Positions 38,600-52,200 of a stretch of DNA of 64,000 nt are shown here, in pieces. Numbering within the stretch: the stretch's first letter is position 1; each line of letters opens with the position of its first letter. Origin of the DNA: Lingula anatina (Eukaryota > Animalia > Brachiopoda); the NCBI GenBank assembly GCA_051362555.1, contig CM120646.1, positions 22,816,001 through 22,880,000 of the forward strand. Direction: 5' to 3'. The notes below the pieces were generated by a model. That model was not told the DNA's origin and did not search any database. It saw only the letters and a list, made by a program, of their open reading frames with translations. Position numbers and translations under genes: made by a program.

Positions 38600-40274
38600 A
38601 GTAAAATACAGTAGAGCTTTGACAAAACCTAAATTGTTTACTTAAAAAGTTTGCCTACTTCCGCGTTCCCGAGCACCCTTTTCAACGCATTGAATGCTGA
38701 CTGAGGTTGATGCGACTTTTACACCAGACGCAGTTCTATTAGGAAAAGTTCGAATTACACAAGTTGATCGCAGGCATTCGGGTTGATGCCTATATATCTG
38801 AACACTAAAATAACGTCGCCTTTATTAGCTTACGTAAACATAAAGGGTAGTACATTTGTGAGAAAATGATATGGACCGTGTATATCAAACAGTCTCCAAA
38901 GTGAAATGTTAGACTCACAGTGACACATTTAATACTGAATCATATGATGTTCTAGATTCAAGTTGTACTCCATAGAAAGGTTGAAAGGACAAGTAACAAT
39001 TACAAGTTCCCATGGTGACGAAGGATCACGAGACCGGAGAACAAGCGCGCCCCTATGGGTCCGATCAAACTTGTCTTTTGACAAAAAGTAAAAAAAAATA
39101 GAATAAAATATAAATAAATAGAAATAAAACAGGTACAGATAAGAACAATGCTCGATTTGACACTAACATATCGTCTTTGTGATGTTAGTAATTGACAGCC
39201 ACGAGTGAATAAGGAGCGGGGAGTGTTATGTAGAGTAACTTGAGTTGGTTGACATGACCTCGTCGCACTTAAGCGAGAATGTAATGTAAACGGAGAAAAC
39301 GATGTAGGAGGGTGTAGGGAGAGCAATGTAGGAGGTTGAAGAGAGAGGAAGAAAATGTACTTAAGTTAGGAAGTGACAATAAAGAATATGAAGGAACATG
39401 AAAGTTGTTCAGTTCTTACCTCGCGTAATAAAGTCAATGTCATCGTGACATAAATGGTGTCGAATGCTTGACAACGAAAAATCCTCCAAAAGGTTTTAGG
39501 GCTCCGTTGTTACCTTTGCTCGTGGAAGGCAGCTTTGATAGATTGTCTGTTCACTACAAAACGTCTTTGCCAGTTACGAGTAGAGGGAATAAGACACTTG
39601 TTACATTCATAGACAGTTTAACTGGATGGCCGGAAGCATTCCCGGTACCCGACATTACAGCACCTGCCATTGCAAGGTTGCTATTTGATGAAATAATGTA
39701 GGCATGGGGTACCCTAAACACTCCCTGCTCCTTATTTACTCGTGGCTGTCAATTACTAACATTACATCTTTAAGTCTGCATTCTCACACTGACAAATTTT
39801 TCTCTTCACAAATAATTCATAATTCCTTATGAAGATCTTGACGGAGGGGTGGCGTTGTTGTTTAAGTATAAAGAGCCGAACCTTTAACGTCTTTAAATAT
39901 TTCTTGATGACTTCCTCATCTTGGACAACAAAATTTGAATATGACAAAGGCTATATGCAAGGATGAAACAAACAGCGTAATTATTTCAGGTACCTTATTA
40001 TTTTTTATAAAATAATACGATAGCAGTTGGCCATTACCAATAGATCAGCAGTGTATGAATTAGCCAAAACAGAAAATCACCGACCATATAAACTGACACA
40101 TTGTTAGCGCCAATATCATACGATGGCGAATTCATCAGAGGCGCACGTCCACGTATCTATCAATCGCATAATCGAGGTGGCAATACACTCGATAATACTA
40201 GCGATAAGTAAACCAAGGTGTGACGGTGTCATTATAATTCACTATAGGACATATCGGACAAGGTTGTATGCTGT
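38600..40274. promoter_or_regulatory. Divergent (head-to-head) intergenic/promoter region of the kinase gene and lectin gene 2
   Basis: The start codons point away from each other at 38276 (-) and 40275 (+), 2 kb apart. No transcription start can be located from sequence alone. Confidence 0.4.
39440..39725 (+). mobile_element. Ty3/Gypsy LTR retrotransposon integrase (rve) relic
   Basis: APLLPLLVEGSFDRLSVHYKTSLPVTSRGNKTLVTFIDSLTGWPEAFPVPDITAPAIARLLFDEIM* matches the Gypsy integrase core pattern (PF.R..vD..GPLP....GN.Y.....D..T.WPEAFP.....A..IA..L...I). The first catalytic Asp is replaced by His, and there is a stop or frameshift at 39699. A possible degenerate tRNA-Ser PBS (tggtgacgaaggat) lies at 39013-39026. 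Confidence 0.85.
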
Positions 40275-43200
40275 ATGGCAGTGTGGATGATGGACAGGGG
40301 GACCTTCTTACTGTCGGTTTTAACACTGTTAATGCCTTACGGTAAGTGAAAAATCACGTTTGGAAGTGTTTCAAATTAAAGGGCATTAATCGATTAGTTA
40401 ACTTTCTTGCGTACTTTTTCACTAACTGTGAATGTTCTTTTTATGCTTTTTAAAGCATGTATGTACCGCGAATGGAAATATATTGAATAAATCTGTAAGT
40501 TAAATGTTAAGTAGTAATTAAAAGCTAGTTTCGTACTCCTCCAGGATCATGGGATCACTGGAAGTATTTGCAAATTTTCAAAACTTTTTTATTTGTCAGT
40601 ACGCTTTGTTTTAATCTGTCTCTTCGTCCATTACATAATAAACTAAGACTGCCCCATTCCGTTGTTTCAAGATTAAAAATTGACCATATACAACCAATGT
40701 GATAGATTAAAACGAGCATAGTTGACCTCTGAGCTTTCATAGGGCCTACAGATGGAGGCAATAGGTCTTGAATATATTTACCATACAGCATATTCATTTC
40801 AATGGTCACCTATCTTTCTGCTTTGTCGTTTATCTTCAACCCTTGTTTTCCTATAGCCATGATGAACAACTGCCCTTCAGACTGGCAACTAGTTCAAGAC
40901 TCGTGTTTCAAACTATTCGAGCAAGAAAAGGAATGGTCGACAGCAAGGTGAGTAATACGGTTTGAACGTTTACGAAAGATATAAAATAGGAAGGTATATT
41001 ATTTAAATTAAACTTTAACTTAAATTAAACTGATTTGATGCATTTCTTAATATGGATATGATCGTTCGGTATTATATACGTCCGTGGCGTAATCGGGGGG
41101 GGGGGGGGGGGGGGGGGGAGGGGGGTCTTCAGCTAGGTTCAGAAAAAAAAAAAACAACATCAATATTCCCCTCTTCAAATTGGAATTTTGACTAGCCAAG
41201 GGGAATAGGGTCGGTTTCGCATCCGAGGCATGTCATTTACAAAAATTACGCCCCCCTCTGCTTCAAATAATCCTGGATTCGCCCCTGTACGTATTGCTTA
41301 AACCGCTCTAGTTAGAAAGGTAAAGCAGACTCTAACTGTGAAGACGATGAAGACAATTAATCTTCAATCATGTTTTTGGATCTATCAGTATCAGTGTCGC
41401 TATTAATAAAATCTAATCATTTTAATATATCAATATAGTTCTGACTGTGGTTATTACGGCGGATATCTGGCAACTGTAGACAGTGATATACAGCAGCAAT
41501 ATCTGTACGACGTGGCCAAATTTCAAGATAAGCCGATCTGGTTGGGTTATTCCGCTTGGAACAATGGGGTAATTTTATATGAATAATATCCAAACTGCTT
41601 TATATACCCTAATAAGTACATGGAAGCGTCCTGCCAAACATATCTAATTTCATTTTCTAATTCCACTCATTTTACATTAGCAATTTTCGTATGTGCTTCC
41701 AAATAGCCTACGCAGTTTGCTAACTTTCGCAATCCAGTGCCGTCTCTAGTTTGTCGTACCGGTAGGAGTTACCTGTAAAAATCATTTTAATAGAATAAGA
41801 CGGTATGGAAGAAACTTTCAATGGAACTCCCGGTATCCAGTGGGAACCAGTCCTCAGTGCCAGAGTATTGGAGCGAAGGAAAACGTCCGAAGTTGTTACC
41901 GTGAGTATGATATTTGTGATTGAAAAAGCTGATCAGAATTAAATTCACATTTATTTACAGACAGGCAAAGAATACAATATCATGTATCGACACAAGGGAA
42001 TTTTTATAGTAGGCCTATATGTAGGTCTTACAAACTTCAATAGTTTTGTGTAGATATCCGCGTACACATTTATAATCAATTGCAATGGTGAAATGGCATG
42101 ACACGGAATAGCGTATGAAGCAGAAGAACGAAATACATTTGTTGACTGTTCTGACATCAAAAAGTCGTCTGTTTAAAAGAATAGTTTAATACGCTTTAGA
42201 AATTATTAATGTTACATGCATTGGTAGGGCCATCGGTAGTGTCGTTGTTATACTTATAAAGATTAAAATATATATTATGACAATCATATGCCGTCATCAT
42301 TTCAGTGACCAAGCCAACAATTCGTGTGTCGTGGTAGACCCCACCTATGGGGCGGCCAGGGCATCGTGGGCTGCCACCAGTTGTAGTACTGAGAGAGCAT
42401 ATGTGTGTAAGAAAACTGAAGGTTAGGAAAATTCGTTTGGTGCTATTTTTTCCAGATTAATAATCTCATGCACAATGGTCCATCTTGCCTCGCTCGAATT
42501 TTTCAAAGTTCATGCAGTTACGAATAAAATTGGACTTTTGGATATGACAAGAAATCCGCAGGTGACACCTCTGTTCGCCACCCTTTAAACTCTAAATTCG
42601 ATATATACGGACACTGGAGTCGCAGAATCGGGTGTGTTTATTATAACTTTGGAAATGTAGTACAACAGCACCGCGTCAATTAATCATGAGACCAGGGCCC
42701 GTATCTCGAAACATTGTGCATTTCGACCGTGCGCAAGCGTCTCGATTCCAAAACTCGCCCATACTCGCCCCATATAATACATTGTAGCCTTTATGTGATA
42801 TCGCTATTCGCAATACGCGATGCTTTCGAGTTACGGGGCCCAGATTGTTAATGAGAACGCGGGGTACATGTACAACACCTGAGTCTGTAATTACATGTTA
42901 ATATTTCCATACTTTATTGTATTAGGTGCTTGTGCAACCGGCTGGCGTTCTCACAATGCCACATGTTACCAGTTTAACATTAACATAAAGCTGTCCTGGT
43001 ATGATGCCTCAACCTACTGCAAGTCCCAAGGAGGAGACATGGTGGCGGTGGACAGGTAGGGAATGAGCTAGTGTTTTATTATATGAATATAATATAATAT
43101 AATATAATATAATATAATATAATATAATATGATAGATGCAGATAGTAGTACTGCAGTCTCCTGCTGCTCTTATGCATTGATTGTGCCTTTCTATTCAGAT

Positions 43201-46200
43201 GTAGGTTTGAAGTATCCTCTATGAAAAATATTTAATCGTATTTGTGATTCTCTTTCAGTAATGATGTCCAGCTATTCCTAAGGTCACGGCTGAAAGAGCT
43301 AGGCCTGGATGAAAATGAGAGGTTATGGCTAGGAGGCTCGGGTTAGTTTATTTGATTGCATTCACATTAAAATTCAAAATATTTGTGAAAAGAGAAAAAA
43401 TAATACTTATTTAAAAACATCGCCAACAGAGTAACATTTTTCTGAAATCAAAAACAGTTCATACCTACAATACTTCATCATATCGATACCTTATATTACA
43501 AATGCCGATAATGTCAATAACAATGTTATTATAAATGAAACAAACTATAATAACTATATTGATTATAATAATAGTATTTTTTGTTAAAGAAAAACAAAAA
43601 TGAATCTCCGCGCATAACTTCACCAATTGTCACCTGAAACGTACTGCCGCATAATAACGTTATAAATAATGATGATAATTTGTACAGTCAGCAACATTTA
43701 TTACATTGGCCTAGTTACCATCGCATTCCAGACGTGGACGACACGCCCAAGATACTGAAATGGCCCAGTGGTGGGGCAGTCGATATCAACGCCACCTATT
43801 GGTCATCATCCAAACCAAGGAACAGTATTCAACCACTGTGCCTAGAAATGTTGTCTGGTTCGTAATACAGTTATTAAGGTGTTGTCAATGGGGGTCAACA
43901 CTTCAATATATTTTCGTTTTTAAAACCGATTTATTGCATATTTTATCATTATATTTGTCGTTTTACTGAGTTTCGAGTACAGTTGTATCATATCTGGGAT
44001 AGAATGTTGTAACAACGCTGCTTATTTCAGCCCATTCTTTCGGCGCATTTACATATGTCCACACCAAATAACGCGTTTATAGACTATACATATGGTATAT
44101 TTCACATATTTGCTTCTTTTACCGTAGGTGGAGAATGGAGCACAAGTGATCAGTGTTTGAAAGAACAGTCTTTCATTTGTCAGATTAATGACGGGAAAGT
44201 AGTTTATCCGCCAACGGTGAAACCAGGTATTTAATCGGGCTTTATGGAGTACACACCCGTTTGACTTTCATTATGCCTTGATGATGAAAACTGATATTAC
44301 TATCTCTTTAAGCAGAAAAAGTTTTAACTTAAAAGTTTTTACTTAAAAGATATATTGTGATGCCATGGATGATATCTTAACTTGAAATTCCTCGTTCATT
44401 TCACTTAATTCAAGGCATTTTTTGTTTTGGGTACTGATATAACTATAACACTTCTCTCTTTCGTATCAGCTAAAGGTAGCTGTGACCCAGGCTGGGAGGC
44501 AAATGGTTTCTTCTGCTATTATTTTGACAACAGCGCCTCGGTCACCTGGCTTGAGGCACAGAACATATGCCAAGATTTAGGGGCAGAGATGGTACAGATT
44601 ATGAACGTCAGAGAGATGTCCTTTATCAATGGTGATTATCATAAACTACCAGAGTTCCGTTGTATTGACGTTTTTTGCATATTCGAGTATCTGCCTTTCA
44701 TTTCTTATTATTTTTAATATTACTTTAAAAGACACGATTTCTTGCTTTGTCTTGAATACACGACATTTTAGTTTGACAGAAGACGAACAAGTCGGCCAAA
44801 CAAAATTGTTTGCATTTCAATATACAAATGTCTAGTCAACATAAAAATATAGCATGTGCATTATTGTTCCTAGATCATTTAACTGTCAGTACATGGCTTG
44901 GATTGAGTGACAGGAGCGCAGAGAGTGAATGGGAGTCGACAAACCAGAAACTGGTATGTCTATGTGAAACAATCGTGCAATGTCTCCGTTATATCTTGTA
45001 AATGTTGCTCAAAATATAAGCATAAAGTATATCTACACATGCATTGGTAGTTAAAAGCTGCATAAGCGAAAGTTTTTCCTATTGGTGTTCTATAGCAATC
45101 ATAAATTGGTGTTAATATTATTAAAACATTAAGGTTGCATTGTAGATTATATATAATATAATAATATATTTCAAATGACACGAAGTTCTCGTATTACTAT
45201 TTCGCTGGTATTCACCATTCACCACTATTTCTTTCTTCTTTTCAGTAAAGCAAGAAATATGTAAAAGTACGATATGTTTGTCCTCTTAAAACTGGAGTTT
45301 TAAATTGTATACCTGCACATTGCAGGCAAAGTACAGCAATTGGATCCCAACAACACCTGCTTCCGGTGGCGGTGGCGCCGCCCAGGGATACAAGTGTGCT
45401 ATTGTGTTAGCAGGGAAAAACAAAGGCTTCTGGGACGAAGTACCATGTAACCAAAATAATGCTTACATGTGTCAAAAACTAATAGGTAATTCGCGTAGAT
45501 TTGTGTCCAAAGCTTACAAAGTGAAAAGTAGAATTTGATAAATATGAATAAATCCCGTGCTTCAGTGCAGTGACACGTTTAAGAATAGATTATTTGCATC
45601 AAAAAATCAATTTTTTGCTTCAGGGCCGATGACAAAGTTTGTTTCTACCACGAAGGAGAGTAAGAGAATTTTCTTTATTATTCTTTTTATTCAGTAAAAT
45701 GAGAACTTGCATGTTTAAGGTTTAAATGAAAAGACGTTGTTTTAACGATTTCAGGGACCCTCATCTGTTGCTTTTTAAAATACATATCTTATGACAGATA
45801 AAATTTATTCATAACTATTTAATTAACATGTGTCTTGCAGTGAAGCATTTTTTATTGGTTCCAGGTGGTAACTCGAATAAATGTGGACAGTCCTGGCAAG
45901 ATGACCCATTAAGTGAGTTTTGTTACCAGATTAACACAAACAGCTTGTCTTGGTCCGAGGCACAATTACAGTGTAAACACAATGGAGGGGAAATGGCCAG
46001 TATCACCAGTCTCCAAGAACAGCAGCATATTGCTGGTAGGGTGTTTATTTTAATTTCTAACACTTCACACAACAGGGTTCAATTAAATCTGTAAACACAT
46101 AAACAATAACCAAAAAATCGTGTTTATCTTCATATTTGATTAACTGGTTGGCAAGTGCTTTATTTAACTTATCTCAACATTTTTTTCTGAAAAAGAGATG

Positions 46201-49200
46201 TTATTTGTTATTTTCTAGCCAGAATTCGGGCCATTCCAGACACGAAATATTTCTGGATTGGAGGCAATGCTCTTTGGCGTGACTACGGATGGGTTTGGAA
46301 TGATGGGGCTTCGATGGCCTTTTTGAATTGGGAAGCAGGTAAACGGAATGAATTTAGTGTCTGTAAATCATTTAGATAAAAGTTGCTTTGGATATCACTT
46401 TTATATTAAAACGTTTTAATTACTTATCTGTCAGTTTTTCTCGTCTATGTTAAAGGTCGACCACATTATGCTAAAAACGCGGACTGTATGGAAATAGATG
46501 CACTGAGTGGTGTGTGGAGGGACGAAAATTGTCACAACAGGAGAGGGTACATCTGCAAGAAAAGAGGTATGAAGCAGTGATAAGGAGAAACAAGCACTTT
46601 ATATCCTGTAAGATCATCCAGTTTTCCTCACATCTAATGTTCATTTTATTTCACCACATTTATTTCACCACATATACATATATTCCTTCTAATTTTCACT
46701 ATATTCAAAGGATCTACGCAAAATACAACACCATCAACGGCGCTGTCATCAACAACCGAAAAACCAGGGTATCCGCATTGTGACAAAAGCTGGTCGCTGT
46801 ATGGCCAGAGTTGCTACCAAGTGTCTGAAGACCCCGGACAATGGACAGCGGCCAAGAGCACCTGCAGACGAGAAGGTGGTGACATAGTTTCTATACTTAG
46901 CGCCAATGAAAATGACTTTGTTACCAGTTTGGCGGCAGAAAAAGGAGGTGGGTACCATAAACACTGTGTAGTTAATTCCTTGGCTTCAAACCACCAAAAC
47001 TACATATACGTAATGGCTATGATACAATGTGCCACTTGTACCTTTTGTTCCACCCAAGAATGCTTTCATTGATTTTTATTGTGTCAAGTAAATTGTGCAC
47101 ATATAGAATATATGTTTTATATGTTTTTCAGAAAACCCAGCAGGTTATTGGACAGGGTTAAAAGCCCTGAGAATATCAAATCAGTTTGAGTGGACAGATG
47201 ACACATCAGTCTCGTTTACAAACTGGGGTGCCCGTGAACCCAACGTACACTTGGGCGACCAGCTATGTGTTTGTTTACATGCCTCGGAAACTGAAGTGAG
47301 GAATAGGCTAATCAGTGTTATCAGCTACGCCTAAAACATATATATTTAGATGACTGTTGACAGCTTTGCATCATTTATGTAAAATAATTGTAAACGTGAA
47401 ATAAATCTCCAACAAGCGTAATACAAGGAAATCATGTTTAAATTTGGTTCCCTTTCACATAAATAAGTGAGAAAAGTTACACTTCTTTATTTTTTTAAAC
47501 ATTTATTGTTCTAAGTCGTTTATTCAATTATTAATACAGGCCGGTAAATGGAGTTCCACCGACTGCTTCCTGTCATTGCCGTATGTCTGTAAACGACCTG
47601 CAGCCAAAGTGACGTCACCACCTTCTGTGACGTACAAAGGATGTAATAAGGTATATAGAGTGTATGCTTTTACTTTATAATATCGGTTTCGGGACATAAA
47701 TTGTGGAAGACTCAAAACATCAAATAACAAACATCTATCTAAATTTACCAAAGTAATGGTTTATACATTTTTATATGTACAAAGGGCGTCACTGCTGCAT
47801 ACAAAGGATCCTGCTATACCGTCTCAAGCAGTAGAGTCACGTGGTCAGACGCTGACGTCATGTGCAGAAACTCTGGAGGACATCTGGTTGAAATTAATAA
47901 TCGGTAAGTCAATTGTTCATTATATTATGAGCACAAACATTCATATGTCGTTTAAGGTGATACGGTTATATTTTTTTTCTATCATTCACAAAAAAATGTC
48001 AAAAGAAAAACGGTGTAATAAATATTATATGCGATAGGAAATCTTCATTACCTTCACTTAAAAAAAGCCTTTTAAACGTGCGTGTTAATTTACTTACATA
48101 TTTTAAAGTCTAGAACAAGCTTACTTAGCAGCCAATGTTGGAGAACATGGGTTGGGTATTGACTATTGGATTGGACTGAGCAAGGATGAGAATGGTACCT
48201 ATATTTGGAGCACGGGGTACAAACTGGAGTTTACTAATTGGGACAGAAGGCACACTGGTAAGACAGTCCGCTTATTGGATTGTAAAGTACAAAAATGACA
48301 TAATAAAATTTAGTGTTTTGAAAAGCACACGTCTTCTCTGTTTTACAAAACGGGCCATTCTGTGTTTCAACATATTGCTTTAACCCACAAACAGCGCTCA
48401 TAAAAGAATAAAGGGCAGAAAAAAATCGACGAATAAATACATAGATAATAATTAAACAGCATTTTTTTCGTTCAAGCGCGTTTTCTCTGTGTGATCGAAG
48501 TTGTCGTGATTTCCAGGTAACGAGGCTACCAAATGCGTGGCCCTTACCGGTGCTTTACCATCGACTGGATCCTGGTCTAGCAGAGCCTGTTCCTTGGAAA
48601 CTCGTTATATCTGTGAATTCCCCAGGGATGGCTTCTCAACACCCTCCACCGCCAGCACTACCCCCAGGCCCGCCTCCTGCCCCACGGGGTATAAGTGGTC
48701 GGAGTTAAGTAATATATGCTACCTAGTACGTTCATTACATGGTTGAAAATTTCGTACTTTATGAGATGATAGTCAAGGATAATAAAGTACAGTATAGGTC
48801 AACTCATATATTTTGAATGAAATGATACGTTGTAAATTGTCTTGTACAATATTATATCCACAGATTTGATGGGCTTAATACAGATAATTAAAGCTCATTT
48901 GTCAAGTTAGCGGTGATAATATCTAAATAATCTACAATTCCAGAGGGAGCAGCTTTACGGCAATCAGCGTCTTACATGGTTCGAAGCACAAGATTTATGT
49001 ACAAACATTGGCGGTGAACTGGCCACGATCCACAGTGAGGAACAAATGAAAGCGGTGATGGGACCACACACGCGCTTGTAGGCGCACAACTTTTCACTTT
49101 CACTTTCGATATGGGCAGCAATTTCAAAAAGCTACATCACGATCTATATTTACATAATTAGTGCAATTACGTATTGGCTTTGGTATAAGCTTTTATCATT

Positions 49201-52200
49201 TCTGCTAATTTCCCTTTCATGGCCAAAGTTGTCAAATTATATGATATTGGTAAATTGTTGTAATTACGCTATCCATAGCACCACGCACCATTTATAGGGT
49301 CTGCACTTGGATGGTTATACATGTATCTCTATTAACAGTTTGGCAAAATACTGGATTGGCTTGTACAAACCTGACAATAATGGCGGCTACGCGTGGATAG
49401 ACAACTCTGCCCTGGACTTCACTAACTGGGAGGACGGAGAACCAAATGACCACAACGGACTGGAGGGATGTGTACAACTGAACCGAAGATCGACTAAATG
49501 GAGCGATGTGAATTGTTACGCCAAGAGGGACTATATATGCCAGTTCCAAAAAGGTGCAACATAGAAATAATCTCATTCAGAATATGTTTTGTCAATTTTG
49601 TCTTTTAAATTTTAAGGTAGGGCCTAATGGTGCTGTTTTGTAGCAATCATTGCGGACTAGATTGAAAACACCTTATAGTTTTAATTAAAAGCCGTAATGA
49701 TTTCATGTAGAAAATTGAAGATCAAATGTTGATAAGTTTTGTCTGTTCATGCTTTATATATTTAATATTAATTCAGGAGACCCCATTTTGACAACCGCAC
49801 GTACGGTGAGGCCGACACCCGGTAAGTGATATATTAATATTTTTTCTAATTTTTGATTTAGAAAAACACAGAAATACAGCATGTAGTTTATAACAAATAC
49901 GTGCATCTATAGGTATGAATGATATTACAATAAAAACAAATATGTTTGTGTAATAACTCAAAATCAATTGTAACTGGGCGAAAAGTTACTGTGTTGTGAC
50001 ATATGTTCTATTTCAAGTCTGGTTCCATTTTCATTTTTATCCTGAAGTCAGTCCGATTTTTCAGCGCCAACTTGCAAAAACCACCCTAAGTGGTTAGCAT
50101 ACAAGAATTACTGCTATTTCATCAGTCCTACATATGGTCCTGGCTCCAAGTACTCGTGGCATGACGCAGCAAAATATTGCATGCAAAATGGCGGAAATCT
50201 CGTCAGTATTCACGACGAAGACGAGAACAGATTCGTTTTGCTTGAGGTAGATTACGATCAGAATCAGTTTGAACAACACATATACAAAATTGATTTGATT
50301 ACTAGCACAGTCCTTATCCAAAAGATACCATTTTAAAATACAGTTCATAATCATGACCATTTATGCCATTGCTTAACTTGCATGGACTTTTTATTCAATT
50401 TTTATTTTAAAATTTATCACAAAAGGGTTTTTATCGATATTGCGTGCATGTTATATTTTTACATGGCTTTATATTGTAGACAACTAGGTTACGTCATCAC
50501 GAGAATCCCTGGTTCTGGATTGGACTGAACGAGCTAGATTTAGAAAGTTACAAGTACGTTATGATCACATTTTTATGGGTAATTCTCATACAGCTACCGC
50601 CAAATTGTATTTCAGAAAGCGTAAAGAACTGAGGATATAAACCCTTATATTTATTAAACAGAAAGAGCGTTATGATACTCAACAATATATACAAAACATT
50701 GCCATTCAAATTTGTCAATATAGTTGAAATATTGCTTAACTTGTATTTCTCTTGACCAAATTGCCTTATACTTAGTTCCTTTCCTGTTAAATATTCTCTC
50801 CTTTATCTTTAAAATAATACTTATATTTTAGATCATACATTATCATAGATTATTTCAAAGAAAAGAACATGTATACAATATAAAATAATGATTAAAGCGA
50901 AAAAGTGTTGTTTTCCTCAGATGGTCTGATGGGACAACCGTCGACTTTTTGTCCTGGGAGGAGAACGAGCCGGACGACAACTATGGCGGACAGAAATGTG
51001 TCGGGTTTATAACAGAAACAGGTCTGGCTTTATACAAGATGATGATTCCCTCTTTAGGAATGATTTTGATGTTTCACACTTTTGTTTATCGGTTTATTCG
51101 TACCTCCCCATTTGTTTAATTATGCTGCCCATCACCATATCGTATACGACTTTACCTTTAGTTCTGTTCGATTATCCTGGATTCTTGGCGAAACGGGCAT
51201 AAACATATCAATTGATCAATACTTCGGGTGCAAGAAAAAACACATGTATTCCAGAATATGTCAATGAAAAGTTTTGGCGGCAATAATAATAAATGTTATT
51301 ATCATTAAAGGTCATTGGCATGATGAGAATTGTGGCATAGAGAACAGGTTCATCTGTAAGAAACACAAGGACAGCGTGACGACCGTGACACCGTCCCCTA
51401 CACCAGTTATACAGGGGAACTGCCCCCCAGGGTACCACGGGATTGGTGAGAGAGTCTTATTTCTGTAACACCTTTGTATCATATAAACATAACATTTGGA
51501 TGAATCCAATCAAATAATATATATAGAAATAATTATCAAAAACCATTTTTCTTTGGTAGCTTAGAACTTCGATAAACATATTGACAATTAATGTGTGTAT
51601 GAATTAGCCTTAAACGTGTAATAAAAATTTGAAGCATATTAATACACCTTACTGTATTTAGCAGTCGTGGAAATTTTGAGGACAGAACATATCATGGCCC
51701 TAATTGGAGTTAAAACAAGATGTATTTGGAGTACATTGTGTGTTATTAGGCTTACACAGTCAGGATTAACATTTTATAATTTGGGAAATGTGTCTCATAT
51801 TTTATCCGTTTTGTTAATATAGTTCTCTTAAGAGAAGTAACAATGTAATGCTTGCTCTATCTGTTGCCACTGAAAATTCTGAAACATTCGATCAGGTAAC
51901 AAATGCTACATTCTGTACGGCGACGCCATTGATACCACACAGTTGTTAAACTGGACAGAGGCGCTGGACACATGCGCGTCATTTAACAGCACTATAGCCA
52001 GTATTACTAACCCGCTGGAACAAGGTACAGTGAAAAGTATTTCAACAACAACAACAAAAAAATAATAAAAACAATAAATAAATAAATAAATAAATAAATA
52101 AAATAAAAACCCTGTTCAGCGGCCCTTATGCTGTATGTCTTTGTGTTTGATGTACTTAACACTCCAGCACAATATGTGTACAAATATGTACATTGTACAG

